Source of the DNA: Verrucomicrobiota bacterium
GTDB lineage: Bacteria; Verrucomicrobiota; Verrucomicrobiia; Limisphaerales; AAA164-E04
Direction of reading: 5' to 3'
Assembly: GCA_047947115.1 (NCBI GenBank)
Contig: CP170459.1
Location: 3,680,001 to 3,744,000, forward strand
Length of the DNA stretch: 64,000 nucleotides
Part shown: positions 11,832 through 22,125 of the stretch, piece by piece
How the letters are laid out: each line of letters opens with the position of its first letter
Position numbering within the stretch: the stretch's first letter is position 1
The notes under the pieces: model-generated
The model's database searches: none
What the model was told of the DNA's origin: nothing
The model's input: only the letters and a program-made list of their open reading frames with translations
Translations under genes and position numbers: made by a program

Positions 11832-13469
11832 ATGGATTACCTATTGAAATCGATGGCAAACCGCTGGTTGATGGCCCTGATGTTGGGGGTGTTGCTGGCT
11901 GTAACGTCTTGTGGACCCGCTGAAACGCGTGTGCAGCAGGGGAATCGTGAACAAATCCTGCATCTTGCCAACGGCACGGAGCCTGAGAGTATTGATCCAC
12001 AAATCGTGACAGGGGTGCCTGAGCACAATGTGATTGTGGCCCTCACCGAAGGTCTTGTTACCGAGGATCCTGTGGATTTGCATCCGGTGCCGGGGACTGC
12101 GGAAAGCTGGGATATCTCCGGGGACGGGCTGGTTTATACTTTCCACCTGCGTGAAAACGCCAAATGGACCAACGGAGATCCCGTGACCGCCCATGATTTT
12201 GTTCGATCTTTCCGACGTATTTTGAATCCACAGTTGGCATGCGAATACGCTTACATGCTGTTCCTTATGAAGAATGCAGAGGCTTTCAATTCAGGTGAAT
12301 TGAAGGATGAGACGCAGATTGGAGCCAGGGCGATTGATGATCACACCTTGGAAATCACCCTAAACAGTGCGGCTCCTTATTTCCTTTCCCTTCTCAATCA
12401 CTACACGTGGTTTCCTGTGCATATGCCGACGATTGAGAAACATGGTGGCCCCTTTGATCGTGGTAATCAGTGGACGAAACCCGGAAATTTTGTCAGCAAC
12501 GGACCGTTCCGGTTGAAGGAATGGCGTTTGAATGATGTGTTGATTGTCGAGAAAAATCCGGATTATTGGGATGCGGACACAGTGAAGTTGAAGGAGATTC
12601 GTTTTTACCCCATGGAAAGTGTCGAGACCCAGGACCGTGCATTTCGGGCGGGTCAATTGCACAACACCTACGAAACACTTCCTGCAAAAATCGAGGATTA
12701 CCAGAAGAACTCGCCCGGTTTGTTGCACATTGATCCTTATCTGGGGTCCTATTTTTATCGCATCAACACCACCAATAAACCATTCGACGATGTGCGCGTT
12801 CGCCGGGCTCTGGCCATGGCCATTGATCGTGAGACGATTGTCAAGAATGTCACCCGAGGCGGCCAGATCCCCGCAAACTTCTTCACCCCACCCGGAACCG
12901 CCGGCTATACCACCCGGGCACGCATTGCATCCGATGTGGAAGAGGCCAAGAGGCTGCTTGCCGAGGCCGGTTATCCGAACGGAGAAGGATTCCCAAAAAC
13001 ATCCATCATTTTCAATACCTCCGAAAACCATCGGGCCATCGCCGCGGCGATTCAGGAAATGTGGCGCAAAAACCTGAACATCGATATCGAATTGAACAAT
13101 CAGGAATGGAAGGTGTATCTGGATGCTCAGCGGGGTTTGAATTATTTCGTATCACGCGCAGGCTGGATCGGGGATTATGTGGATCCGAATTCCTTTTTGG
13201 ACATGTGGACATCCTGGAGTCAGCAAAACCAGACCGGATGGTCTTCCGAAGCCTACGACGAACTGATCAAGAAGGCGGGGGAAACTTCGGATGCCGCTGC
13301 TCGCATCGAATATTTCCAACAGGCTGAGGAAATCCTGATGGCCGAAGCGCCTATCATTCCGATCTATATCTACACACGGGTATATCTCCTGGATAAGGGC
13401 GTCAAAGGGTGGAATCCAACGATCCTGGATCATCATCCCTACAAGCATCTTTATCTTGAAACAAATTAA
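11832..13469 (+). CDS. oppA: Oligopeptide ABC transporter substrate-binding lipoprotein
   Basis: Lipobox VTSC, EPESIDPQ, YTFHLRENAKWTNGDPVTAHDF, RAGWIGDYVDP. Start uncertain (11832 or 11853). Confidence 0.93.
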   Translation: MDYLLKSMANRWLMALMLGVLLAVTSCGPAETRVQQGNREQILHLANGTEPESIDPQIVTGVPEHNVIVALTEGLVTEDPVDLHPVPGTAESWDISGDGLVYTFHLRENAKWTNGDPVTAHDFVRSFRRILNPQLACEYAYMLFLMKNAEAFNSGELKDETQIGARAIDDHTLEITLNSAAPYFLSLLNHYTWFPVHMPTIEKHGGPFDRGNQWTKPGNFVSNGPFRLKEWRLNDVLIVEKNPDYWDADTVKLKEIRFYPMESVETQDRAFRAGQLHNTYETLPAKIEDYQKNSPGLLHIDPYLGSYFYRINTTNKPFDDVRVRRALAMAIDRETIVKNVTRGGQIPANFFTPPGTAGYTTRARIASDVEEAKRLLAEAGYPNGEGFPKTSIIFNTSENHRAIAAAIQEMWRKNLNIDIELNNQEWKVYLDAQRGLNYFVSRAGWIGDYVDPNSFLDMWTSWSQQNQTGWSSEAYDELIKKAGETSDAAARIEYFQQAEEILMAEAPIIPIYIYTRVYLLDKGVKGWNPTILDHHPYKHLYLETN

Positions 13470-13524
13470 TCATCATTCAAACCAGCACATCGCATTCGAA
13501 GATTAATCAGTTTTTGCAGCCCAC

Positions 13525-14442
13525 ATGGTCAGATTCATTCTACGCAGAGTGTTAGAGACGATCCCGGTCCTGTGGGCGGTGGCTACGATGACTTTCTTCA
13601 TGTTGCGGCTTGCGCCGGGTGGGCCTTTTGATGATGAACGTCAGGTCAGTCCTGAAGTGTTACGCACGTTGCAGGCGCATTATGGACTGGATAAGCCTTT
13701 GATGGCTCAATATGGCGATTATCTGAAGAATCTTGTTCAGGGTGATCTTGGTCCTTCATTCAAATACCCGGGACGAACCGTGAACGAAATCATCCGTGAT
13801 TCCTTTCCAAAGTCCATGGAGCTTGGTTTTTATTCCATGACCATTGCTTTGGCGCTTGGGCTGGTCATGGGGGTGATTGCTTCTCTGAAACCGAATTCCA
13901 TGCTGGATTACGTTCCGAGCAGCTTTGCGATGGTCGGGATTTGTTTGCCCACGTTTGTGTTGGGGCCTTTGCTGGTGCTGGTGTTTGCATTGAAACTTCG
14001 ATGGTTTCCCTATCCCGGGTGGGATACTGCCGCCCACAAAGTGCTTCCGTCCTTGACTCTGGGAGCCTATTACGCCGCCTACATCGCGCGTCTGACGCGG
14101 GGAGGCATGCGTGAGGTCCTGACTCAGGACTACATTCGCACTGCTCGGGCCAAAGGAGCTGCCGCCCGGATCGTCATTCTTAGGCATGCTCTGCGGGGGG
14201 GCATCCTTCCGGTTGTCAGCTTTATGGGGCCCGCTTTCGCGGGATTGGTTGCGGGATCGTTTGTGATTGAAACCATCTTCAATATCCCGGGGTTGGGGAG
14301 GCATTTTGTTACCAGCGCCTTCAATCGGGATTACACCATGGTTTTGGGGCTGGTGCTTTTCTTTGCATCCCTGATTGTGGTATTCAACACCTTGGTCGAC
14401 ATTGTTCAAGTTTGGCTGAACCCGAAACTCAAGCTGGAATAG
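13525..14442 (+). CDS. oppB: Oligopeptide ABC transporter permease
   Basis: APGGPF, GDLGPSF, EAA loop DYIRTARAKG, NRDY. Confidence 0.95.
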   Translation: MVRFILRRVLETIPVLWAVATMTFFMLRLAPGGPFDDERQVSPEVLRTLQAHYGLDKPLMAQYGDYLKNLVQGDLGPSFKYPGRTVNEIIRDSFPKSMELGFYSMTIALALGLVMGVIASLKPNSMLDYVPSSFAMVGICLPTFVLGPLLVLVFALKLRWFPYPGWDTAAHKVLPSLTLGAYYAAYIARLTRGGMREVLTQDYIRTARAKGAAARIVILRHALRGGILPVVSFMGPAFAGLVAGSFVIETIFNIPGLGRHFVTSAFNRDYTMVLGLVLFFASLIVVFNTLVDIVQVWLNPKLKLE

Positions 14443-14450
14443 GAAACGAC

Positions 14451-15362
14451 ATGGCCGAAATATTACCACAACCCAAGATGCCGCCCGCCTCCGACCTGTT
14501 CGAACAGGCCGAGCAGGGGCATTCCCTGTGGCAGGACGCCTGGCATCGTCTGCGAAAGAATCACATGGCCGTGATCGGTGGAATCTTTATTCTGATCATG
14601 GGCATTGCATCTTTCTTTGGTCCCATGATGGTGGAGCACGGGTATCAGGAGCAGAATCTTGAGTTGCGCGAAACCCCACCCAGCGCCGACCATCTATTGG
14701 GAACCGACAAACTCGGGCGAGATTTGTTGGCACGCGTGCTCTATGGTGGCCGTATTTCACTAACCGTCGGTCTGGTGGCCACGGCCGTGTCTTTGACGAT
14801 CGGGGTGCTGTATGGAACCGTTTCCGGTTATTGCGGCGGGAAGACGGACGCGGTCATGATGCGCTTGGTGGATATCCTGTATGCACTCCCCTTTACGATA
14901 TTCGTCATTTTGTTGATGGTGTTCTTCGGTCGTGATATTCGACTGATGTTTGTGGCTATTGGCGCGGTCGAATGGCTGACCATGGCGCGCATTGTGCGAG
15001 GTCAGGTGCTGAGTCTGCGGCAGCAGGAATTTATCGAGGCTTGCATCGCGCTCGGACTCCCCATGTGGAAGATCATTCTGCGACATCTGGCTCCGAATGT
15101 TTTGGGCCCGGTCATTGTTTATTCCACCTTGACCATCCCCGCAGTCATGTTGTTGGAGGCGTTTTTGAGTTTTCTGGGGCTGGGGGTGCAGGAGCCGATG
15201 TGTAGTTGGGGTTCCCTGATCAAAGAGGGAGCCGAAATCATGGAAGAAGCTCCCTGGTTGCTTTTGTTTCCCGGCTCATTGTTTGCCGCGACATTGTTTT
15301 CATTGAACTTTTTAGGGGATGGGCTGCGCGATGCCTTGGATCCGCGTGCTAGTAAGGATTGA
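14451..15362 (+). CDS. oppC: Oligopeptide ABC transporter permease
   Basis: SLWQDAWHRL, LGTDKLGRD, ARIVRGQVLSLR, GDGLRDALDPR. ATG 14451. Confidence 0.95.
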   Translation: MAEILPQPKMPPASDLFEQAEQGHSLWQDAWHRLRKNHMAVIGGIFILIMGIASFFGPMMVEHGYQEQNLELRETPPSADHLLGTDKLGRDLLARVLYGGRISLTVGLVATAVSLTIGVLYGTVSGYCGGKTDAVMMRLVDILYALPFTIFVILLMVFFGRDIRLMFVAIGAVEWLTMARIVRGQVLSLRQQEFIEACIALGLPMWKIILRHLAPNVLGPVIVYSTLTIPAVMLLEAFLSFLGLGVQEPMCSWGSLIKEGAEIMEEAPWLLLFPGSLFAATLFSLNFLGDGLRDALDPRASKD

Positions 15363-15471
15363 ACTGGTTTAAAACGAAGGCCGTAACAAGGTAAATCCCG
15401 CTCGCTGTGCTCAAGTCGCAGAGTGAGTAAAAACTTGTTAGAATCCAGTCTCATTAACGACATTAACTCCT

Positions 15472-16455
15472 ATGCCTTTGCTGACAGTCAACGATCTGAG
15501 AACCTATTTCCATACCCGTGCAGGTGTGGTGCGGGCAGTGGATGGTGTTTCCTTTTCTGTGGACAAGGGAGAGACACTCGGGATTGTGGGGGAATCGGGT
15601 TCCGGCAAATCGGTGGCTTGTTATTCGCTGATGGGCTTGATTCCAAAGCCTCCCGGCCGGATCGAATCAGGCACCGCAGATTTCGACGGAATGGACCTGT
15701 TGAAGATGTCGGAAAGGGAATTGAACCGGGTGCGGGGACGTCGGGTTTCCATGATTTTTCAAGATCCGATGACTTCCTTGAATCCATTCTTGCGAGTGGA
15801 AGATCAGTTGATTGAACCTCTCCTGCTGCATGGTCTGGCAGACAAGCAAACGGCCCGCAGGAAGGCTCTTGAAATGATGGAACAGGTCGGCATTCAAGGG
15901 GCCGCCAGTCGTATCCGGATGTATCCACACGAATTTTCAGGAGGAATGCGGCAACGTGTCATGATTGCCATGGCCCTGATCACCGAACCCGATCTGCTCA
16001 TAGCCGATGAACCCACCACAGCACTGGATGTCACCGTGCAGGCACAGATTCTGGAACTGATCAAAACCATGCAGCAGCGCATGCACATGGCGGTCATTTT
16101 CATTTCGCATGATCTCGGTGTGGTGGCTGGTTTCTGTGACCGGGTGAATGTGATGTATGCCGGGAGGATCGTGGAATCCGGCCTGACCCAATCCATTTAC
16201 TATCATCCAAGCCATCCATACAACGAAGCCCTCCAGCGATCGATCCCGGCGCTTCAACCCAAGGGACACGAATTGTTCACCATCGAAGGTCAACCACCCG
16301 ATTTGACCAAGCCCTTGGATGGATGTTCCTTTGCCGCGCGGTGTGCCCATGTGGGTGATGTGTGCCGTCGGGGCAATCCGCTGTTGAAGGAGATGAAAGA
16401 CGGTCATTCGACGGCTTGTGTAAGGGTGCAGGAAGGAGGGTTGGAACTTAAATGA
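15472..16455 (+). CDS. oppD: Oligopeptide ABC transporter ATP-binding protein
   Basis: [35 protein letters not shown]-terminal oligo_HPY domain. Confidence 0.95.
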   Translation: MPLLTVNDLRTYFHTRAGVVRAVDGVSFSVDKGETLGIVGESGSGKSVACYSLMGLIPKPPGRIESGTADFDGMDLLKMSERELNRVRGRRVSMIFQDPMTSLNPFLRVEDQLIEPLLLHGLADKQTARRKALEMMEQVGIQGAASRIRMYPHEFSGGMRQRVMIAMALITEPDLLIADEPTTALDVTVQAQILELIKTMQQRMHMAVIFISHDLGVVAGFCDRVNVMYAGRIVESGLTQSIYYHPSHPYNEALQRSIPALQPKGHELFTIEGQPPDLTKPLDGCSFAARCAHVGDVCRRGNPLLKEMKDGHSTACVRVQEGGLELK

Positions 16456-17447
16456 CCGATCAATCAGCAACACCCTTTCTGGATATCCAGGGACTGAAAA
16501 CCCACTTTCCAGTTGAGAAAGGGATCCTTTTTCGCAAGACAGTGGCGACTGTCAAGGCGGTGGACGGGGTGGATCTGCAGTTGAGGCAGGGAGAAATCCT
16601 GGGGCTGGTTGGAGAATCCGGATGTGGGAAGTCGACACTCGGACGTACCATGCTTCAATTGCTTGAGCCGACCGAGGGCAGTGTCAAGTTGGAGGGCAGG
16701 GAACTGGTTGGGTTGAGTGGTTCGGAACTGCGGGCGGCGCGAAAGGATTTCCAGATGATCTTTCAGGATCCCTATGCCTCTCTGAATCCGCGCATGACCG
16801 TTTACGACACCTTGGCCGAGGCAATACTCGCGCATAAATCGGTTCACAAATCCAAGCTTCCTGAAAAGGTGGCAGAGCTGATGAACAAAGTGGGTTTGTC
16901 CCCAAGGTTTATCAAGAAATATCCCCACGAGTTTTCCGGAGGCCAAAGGCAGCGCATCGCCATCGCGCGGGCCCTGGCGGTGGAACCCAAATTCCTGGTG
17001 GCGGACGAAGCCGTATCGGCGCTTGATGTTTCCATTCAGGCCCAGATCATCAATCTGCTGGCCAACCTTTCCCGCGAGATGAACCTCACCCTGATCTTTA
17101 TCTCGCATGATCTCTCTGTGGTGAAGCACATAGCCGATCGAATAGCGGTGATGTATCTCGGGCGCATTGTCGAATTCGGGCCTGCTGAAACGCTCTTCGA
17201 TGATCCCCTACATCCTTACACGCGTGCTTTGGTCAGCGCGGTGCCGGTACCGGACCCTGATCGGGAGCGGGAGCGGCAACGTATTCTCTTGCCAGGTGAT
17301 CCTCCTTCACCTCTTAATCCTCCGAAAGGATGCACCTTTCATCCACGGTGTCCGTATGCCGTGGAAGCATGCAAGGCGTCCTTTCCCGCTTGGAGCCATC
17401 AAGGCAACCGCCAAGTGGCCTGCATCCGGTTGGATGCGTTGGATTAG
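16452..17447 (+). CDS. oppF: Oligopeptide ABC transporter ATP-binding protein
   Basis: [36 protein letters not shown]. Start overlaps the end of oppD. Confidence 0.95.
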   Translation: MTDQSATPFLDIQGLKTHFPVEKGILFRKTVATVKAVDGVDLQLRQGEILGLVGESGCGKSTLGRTMLQLLEPTEGSVKLEGRELVGLSGSELRAARKDFQMIFQDPYASLNPRMTVYDTLAEAILAHKSVHKSKLPEKVAELMNKVGLSPRFIKKYPHEFSGGQRQRIAIARALAVEPKFLVADEAVSALDVSIQAQIINLLANLSREMNLTLIFISHDLSVVKHIADRIAVMYLGRIVEFGPAETLFDDPLHPYTRALVSAVPVPDPDRERERQRILLPGDPPSPLNPPKGCTFHPRCPYAVEACKASFPAWSHQGNRQVACIRLDALD

Positions 17448-17459
17448 GTAGGACTCCAT

Positions 17460-18656
17460 TTGATGAATAATGCCTCTTTTTCGAAGTGGCCGGTCTTTTT
17501 ATTTGAAGCGCTCAGCGCTTATGGCGCCACTCTGTACTCGACTTATTTTTATTTTTGTCTGACTGGAATTTTTCATTTTTCCAACAAACAAAACTTGATG
17601 GTAGCCGCCGCAAACGGTTTTTTTGCGACCATCGGAGCGTGTTGGGGAAGCCGTTTCTCAGATAAAATCGGAGGAAGGAACATGCTCAGGCTGGGAATTG
17701 TCTGGGTCATTCTCATGTTGATTATTGCCGGTTGGTATCAAAGGTCGGTTCAAATTCAGATCATCTGTTTTTTAGGCTGGTGTATGGGGATCAGTGTGAC
17801 CTGGCCTGTGCTGCAGTCTCTGATCAGCGAGGGGGAACCGGAATCGAATTTGCCTCGGCGAATCGGAATGTACAACCTCGTTTGGTCCTGTCTGGGGGCT
17901 GTCGCTTATTTTACAGGAGGTGCCTTGATCCAGTTTTTTGGTATGAAGGTTATCTACCTGTTGCCTATTGGGATGCATGTGGTGCAGCTGGTCATCGATG
18001 CATGGTTTGACAAGCGGTCTTCTCGAACGGACGCTGTTTCAGACCGCTCATCGATTGCTTCGGACACACCTGCCGAGACCGGTTTTCCTCACCGTCCGAT
18101 AGCCCGGGCAAGATTCTTTCTGCGCATCGCATGGTTGGCGAATCCTTTCGCCTACATTGCCATTCAATGCCTGGTGCCGATCATTCCTTCCATCGCTGAA
18201 AAGCTGCACTTGAATACTCTGGCAGCCGGGGTGGTGTGTTCTGTGTGGATGTTTTCAAGGATGTTTGCTTTTTTCATGCTCTATCGATGGCAAGGGTGGC
18301 ATTACCGCTTTCGTTGGTTCGCCGGGGCGTTGGTGACATTGTTGATCAGTTTTGTTGGCATCCGTATCACGCATTCCGTTGGTCTGTTGGTCCTCTTTCA
18401 GGTGGCCTTTGGTTTGGCGGTAGGCTTGATCTACTATTCTTCTCTCTATTACTCGATGGACCTGGGGGGTGGCAGCGCCAAACACGGGGGAATTCATGAA
18501 GCTGCCATTGGCTGCGGTGTCTTTGCCGGTCCCGCCCTGGCTGCGACCTCGTTACACCTGGCTCCGGGTTACCCCAATGCTGGCGTCTGGGCAGCCGGAT
18601 TGCTCATGGCTGTCGCATTTTCAGGTGTCCTCTACATGCGAATACGGGCATGGTGA
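17460..18656 (+). CDS. MFS-type membrane transporter
   Basis: About 12 hydrophobic segments in two halves; motif-A-like SRFSDKIGGR. Confidence 0.8.
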   Translation: MMNNASFSKWPVFLFEALSAYGATLYSTYFYFCLTGIFHFSNKQNLMVAAANGFFATIGACWGSRFSDKIGGRNMLRLGIVWVILMLIIAGWYQRSVQIQIICFLGWCMGISVTWPVLQSLISEGEPESNLPRRIGMYNLVWSCLGAVAYFTGGALIQFFGMKVIYLLPIGMHVVQLVIDAWFDKRSSRTDAVSDRSSIASDTPAETGFPHRPIARARFFLRIAWLANPFAYIAIQCLVPIIPSIAEKLHLNTLAAGVVCSVWMFSRMFAFFMLYRWQGWHYRFRWFAGALVTLLISFVGIRITHSVGLLVLFQVAFGLAVGLIYYSSLYYSMDLGGGSAKHGGIHEAAIGCGVFAGPALAATSLHLAPGYPNAGVWAAGLLMAVAFSGVLYMRIRAW

Positions 18657-18700
18657 ATTTTTTGGTTCACCATTTACCATTCCCGAGTCACAATTTGTCC

Positions 18701-19168
18701 ATGCATGTGGTTTTGGTTGAACCGGAGATTCCTCCTAATACCGGAAACGTCGCCCGCTTGTGCGCGGCGACCGGGGCACGATTACACCTGATTGAGCCTT
18801 TGGGATTTCGTTTGGAAGACAAGGATTTGAAGCGAGCGGGGATGGATTATTGGAAACATGTAGAATGGACCAAATGGCCCAATTGGCAGGTGTTTCTTGA
18901 GCATGTCGATCCGGCCGGAAACATTTGGTTCGTTGAATCGGATGGTCCACGTTCTTATTCAGAAGTGACTTATGGTCAGGATGATTACCTTGTATTTGGT
19001 CGGGAAACCGCCGGATTGCCCATGGTTTTGGTCAGGGAGCACCCGGAACAATGGTTGCGCATTCCCATGATGAACCAGGATGCTCGCTCGCTAAACCTGT
19101 CCAATTGCGTTTCCATCGTTCTCTATGAAGCTCTTCGTCAAACCGGATTCGCCGGTGAGGTTCGATAA
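18701..19168 (+). CDS. trmL: tRNA (cytidine/uridine-2'-O)-methyltransferase, SPOUT family
   Basis: VLVEPEIPPNTGNVARLC, RAGMDYW, FGRETAGLP, RSLNLSN. ATG 18701. Confidence 0.95.
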   Translation: MHVVLVEPEIPPNTGNVARLCAATGARLHLIEPLGFRLEDKDLKRAGMDYWKHVEWTKWPNWQVFLEHVDPAGNIWFVESDGPRSYSEVTYGQDDYLVFGRETAGLPMVLVREHPEQWLRIPMMNQDARSLNLSNCVSIVLYEALRQTGFAGEVR

Positions 19169-19241
19169 CAAAGCAAGGTCCACCAACAGCTTCCCCTCCC
19201 ATACGACTCCTAATCTTGATCTCATCCCCAACCCGATCCCA

Positions 19242-20711
19242 TTATTCATACCGATACTTCACCACCCAGGGATCTCCTGTCTCCTCCTGAAACGCCTTCA
19301 GCCGATCCTGTAGTCCCTCAAGAGTCCGTGCAAATTCGGGATTCTCAGCCAAGTTGTTGATCTCATCGGAATCGGCTTCCATGTTGTAGAGTTCGTGACG
19401 GGGGCGTTGGATGTAGTTTCCAATGCGTCGTTTGCCGTAGAGAGCTTCATCCCCGTTTCTGACGGCCGCCTGCCAGGTGGGAGATGCGTATAAATCCGAG
19501 GCAAACGGGTAGGGGAGTTGGTGGGCAAGATTCAACAGGTACTTGTATTGACGTGTTCGGATCACGCGCATGGGATAATACATGGTGATTTCGTGAAACG
19601 TATGAGAAGCAAAAACGGCATCCCATCCAACGGGATGCTCCTGATCCAATGTGGAAAGAAAAGATCGCCCGTGGAATGGATAGTCCACCCTGCGTCCGTT
19701 CTGGGCGCTTGTTTTCAACGATTCAGGCTCCATACCGGCAAATGCCAGCAGGGTGGGCGTCAAATCCGTCCAGGAAACCATGGCATCGGTGGCGAGTCCG
19801 CGTTGGGCTTGATCTGGACTTCTTACGATCAGGGGCAAGCGCATTCCGGGTTCGTAAAGAGTCGTCTTCGCCCCGGGAAAGGCGATGCCATTGTCTGATA
19901 AATAAAGAATCAAGGTGTTTTCATATTGGTTGGCATCCTTAAGAATCTTCACCAGTCGTCCGAGTCCCTGGTCGATGCGCGAAACGCTTTGATAATATTG
20001 GGCCAGCTCCGCACGGCATTCGGGGGAATCGGGAAGGTAGGGCGGGACGATGACATCGTCTGGATTGTAGGTGACTTCCTCAACACCATCGTAGTTTTGG
20101 TTGTTGCCAAAAAGATTGGGGCGGTAAGGGAGATTCTCGGCGTAACCTCCACCACGGTGGGGGTCGGAGGTGCAAAAGTACAGGAAAAATGGAGTCTCCT
20201 TGTCGTTCTCGATCCAGTTGCGGCATGTTTCTGCCATGCTGACCGGGTTGCGCGAACCTCCCTGATTACCTGTGATGTGTTGGTCAAATGCGTAGATTTC
20301 TTCCGGAGCAACATGATATTTGCCAATGCGCGCCGTACGGTATCCAGCTTTGGACAGCCAAACCGGAAGGCTGACGACGGTATCCCTGGTTTGAAACCGG
20401 TGGTAGCTATGTTGGTGACCATATTGTCCGTTCGTGTGGTTGTGCAGTCCGGTCAGGATGACCGATCGGCTGGCACTGCAACTTGCGGTTGTGCAAAAAG
20501 CGTAGTCAAACCGCGTGCCATCCTTTGCCAGGGCATCCAGATTGGGTGTTTGAATGACCGGATTGCCATAGCAGCCGGCGTCTCTTCCCTGGTCATCCAC
20601 CACGAACATAACGATGTTGCGTGCGGGTTCCATGGGCTTTTGCCGGTCTTGTGCCAGAAGACCGCTCATCAGTCCTATCGAAAGCGAAAGGATGTTCAGG
20701 GTAGTTTTCAT
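19242..20711 (-). CDS. Secreted formylglycine-dependent sulfatase, N-sulfoglucosamine sulfohydrolase-like
   Basis: Signal peptide, NIVMFVVDD, catalytic C-x-A-x-R (CSASR...LTG), GKYHV, SDNG, HTFHEITMYYPMR. Confidence 0.92.
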   Translation of the reverse strand: MKTTLNILSLSIGLMSGLLAQDRQKPMEPARNIVMFVVDDQGRDAGCYGNPVIQTPNLDALAKDGTRFDYAFCTTASCSASRSVILTGLHNHTNGQYGHQHSYHRFQTRDTVVSLPVWLSKAGYRTARIGKYHVAPEEIYAFDQHITGNQGGSRNPVSMAETCRNWIENDKETPFFLYFCTSDPHRGGGYAENLPYRPNLFGNNQNYDGVEEVTYNPDDVIVPPYLPDSPECRAELAQYYQSVSRIDQGLGRLVKILKDANQYENTLILYLSDNGIAFPGAKTTLYEPGMRLPLIVRSPDQAQRGLATDAMVSWTDLTPTLLAFAGMEPESLKTSAQNGRRVDYPFHGRSFLSTLDQEHPVGWDAVFASHTFHEITMYYPMRVIRTRQYKYLLNLAHQLPYPFASDLYASPTWQAAVRNGDEALYGKRRIGNYIQRPRHELYNMEADSDEINNLAENPEFARTLEGLQDRLKAFQEETGDPWVVKYRYE

Positions 20712-22069
20712 GGTTTTGATTGAAACAGGTCCAAAAGTGTTTGCGTCATGGCTGCGACGCCGGTTTGAATCGTGGTTTCAGGAAGTGGGGCAAACTGACT
20801 GGAATGAAGCGAGGGAAGCTTGATTTCTCCTTTGAGAAACCGCTCATGTTGCTTCGGATCAACGGCCCCCAGCCACAGCATGCAGACAGGCACCTTATGT
20901 TCAGTGCGTCCGTATCGGCCGAAATCCTCTCCACCCATTACGGGATTCAACTCGATTACGTTCTCCTCTCCAATTGCCTTGTTCAGACTGCTGATCACTC
21001 GACGCATCAAGTCCGGATCATTATAAGTTGCCGGAGTGAACACATCATCCAACTCCACAATGGGCATGAGATCCCCGGGAATACCGGCCGCCTCCGCTTG
21101 TCCCTTTACGATGCGTTTGATGGATTCGATGAGCGTTTGACGCACTTCATCCGTGTAAGATCGGAGAGTCAACTGAAGTTTGACTTCATTTGGGATGATG
21201 TTGTGTTTGGTGCCTCCGTGAATGGACCCGACGGTGACGACTGCAGGCTGGGTGGCGTCCACCTCGCGACTGACAATGGTTTGAAGGGCCAGCACCACCT
21301 GCGCGGCCAGAACGACCGGATCACGGGTTGTATGAGGGTAAGCGCCATGCCCCCCGACACCACGGAGAGTGATGTTCACCGAATCGACATTCGCCAGCGC
21401 GAATCCGCTGACATATCCCACCGTGCCGGAAGGTGTCTGTGCATTGACATGCAGGGCAATGGCAGCATCCGGCACAGGGAATTTCTCGAACAGCCCGTCA
21501 TCCAGCATGGCCTTGGCGCCCGCTCCTTTTTCTTCAGCCGGCTGGCCAATCGCGACAAGTGTGCCTTTCCATTCATCCTTCATTTCCGTAAGCAACTGGG
21601 TGGTCCCTGTCCAAACGGACATGTGAATATCATGTCCGCAGGCGTGCATCACTCCGACTTCGGTTCCGGCATCGTCGTTGGTTTTGACCTTGCTGGCATA
21701 GGGGACTCCGGTTTCCTCCACAATGGGGAGTGCATCCAAATCGGTGCGCATCAGGATGGTCGGGCCTTCGCCGTTTCTCAGAACTCCCACAATGCCATGT
21801 CCGCCCAGTTGGGTGCTGACCTCAAAACCCAGACGTTGCAGATGAGAGGCCAATTTCTCAGCGGTTTCTTTTTCGTGATAGGAAAGTTCAGGATGACTGT
21901 GCAGATGTTTATAGAGCTTTAACCAATCCGGCAGGTGCCTTTTGATTGCGTGGGATAGGGCGGGATTCACTGAGGTGGCCGCCTGAACAGTTGTTGGATC
22001 AAACGGCAAGACCATTCCCAGGACCGATAACAAGACCACACCGATGTGCTGCTTAATGGATCGTTTCAT
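20708..22069 (-). CDS. Secreted M20-family amidohydrolase
   Basis: HLHSHPELS, RTDLDALP, MHACGHD, QPAEE, GGEDF, LHS. Signal peptide from ATG 22069. ATGA overlap with the sulfatase start. Confidence 0.92.
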   Translation of the reverse strand: MKRSIKQHIGVVLLSVLGMVLPFDPTTVQAATSVNPALSHAIKRHLPDWLKLYKHLHSHPELSYHEKETAEKLASHLQRLGFEVSTQLGGHGIVGVLRNGEGPTILMRTDLDALPIVEETGVPYASKVKTNDDAGTEVGVMHACGHDIHMSVWTGTTQLLTEMKDEWKGTLVAIGQPAEEKGAGAKAMLDDGLFEKFPVPDAAIALHVNAQTPSGTVGYVSGFALANVDSVNITLRGVGGHGAYPHTTRDPVVLAAQVVLALQTIVSREVDATQPAVVTVGSIHGGTKHNIIPNEVKLQLTLRSYTDEVRQTLIESIKRIVKGQAEAAGIPGDLMPIVELDDVFTPATYNDPDLMRRVISSLNKAIGEENVIELNPVMGGEDFGRYGRTEHKVPVCMLWLGAVDPKQHERFLKGEIKLPSLHSSQFAPLPETTIQTGVAAMTQTLLDLFQSKP

Positions 22070-22125
22070 GCTTGATAAGCGATCATCTCCGAAGTGGCAG
22101 GAAAAGTCCACCCCTGAGGTGTGGC

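Noticed and set aside
17445..17462. oppF TAG in frame with the MFS gene (likewise hisC TAG with the 34836 ORF), suggesting readthrough fusions
   Set aside because: Each has a one-in-three chance of being in frame, and both downstream genes have their own plausible starts.
19190..19241. Degenerate hexamer-like pyrimidine-rich tract between trmL and the sulfatase
   Set aside because: Low-complexity filler with no support for a function.
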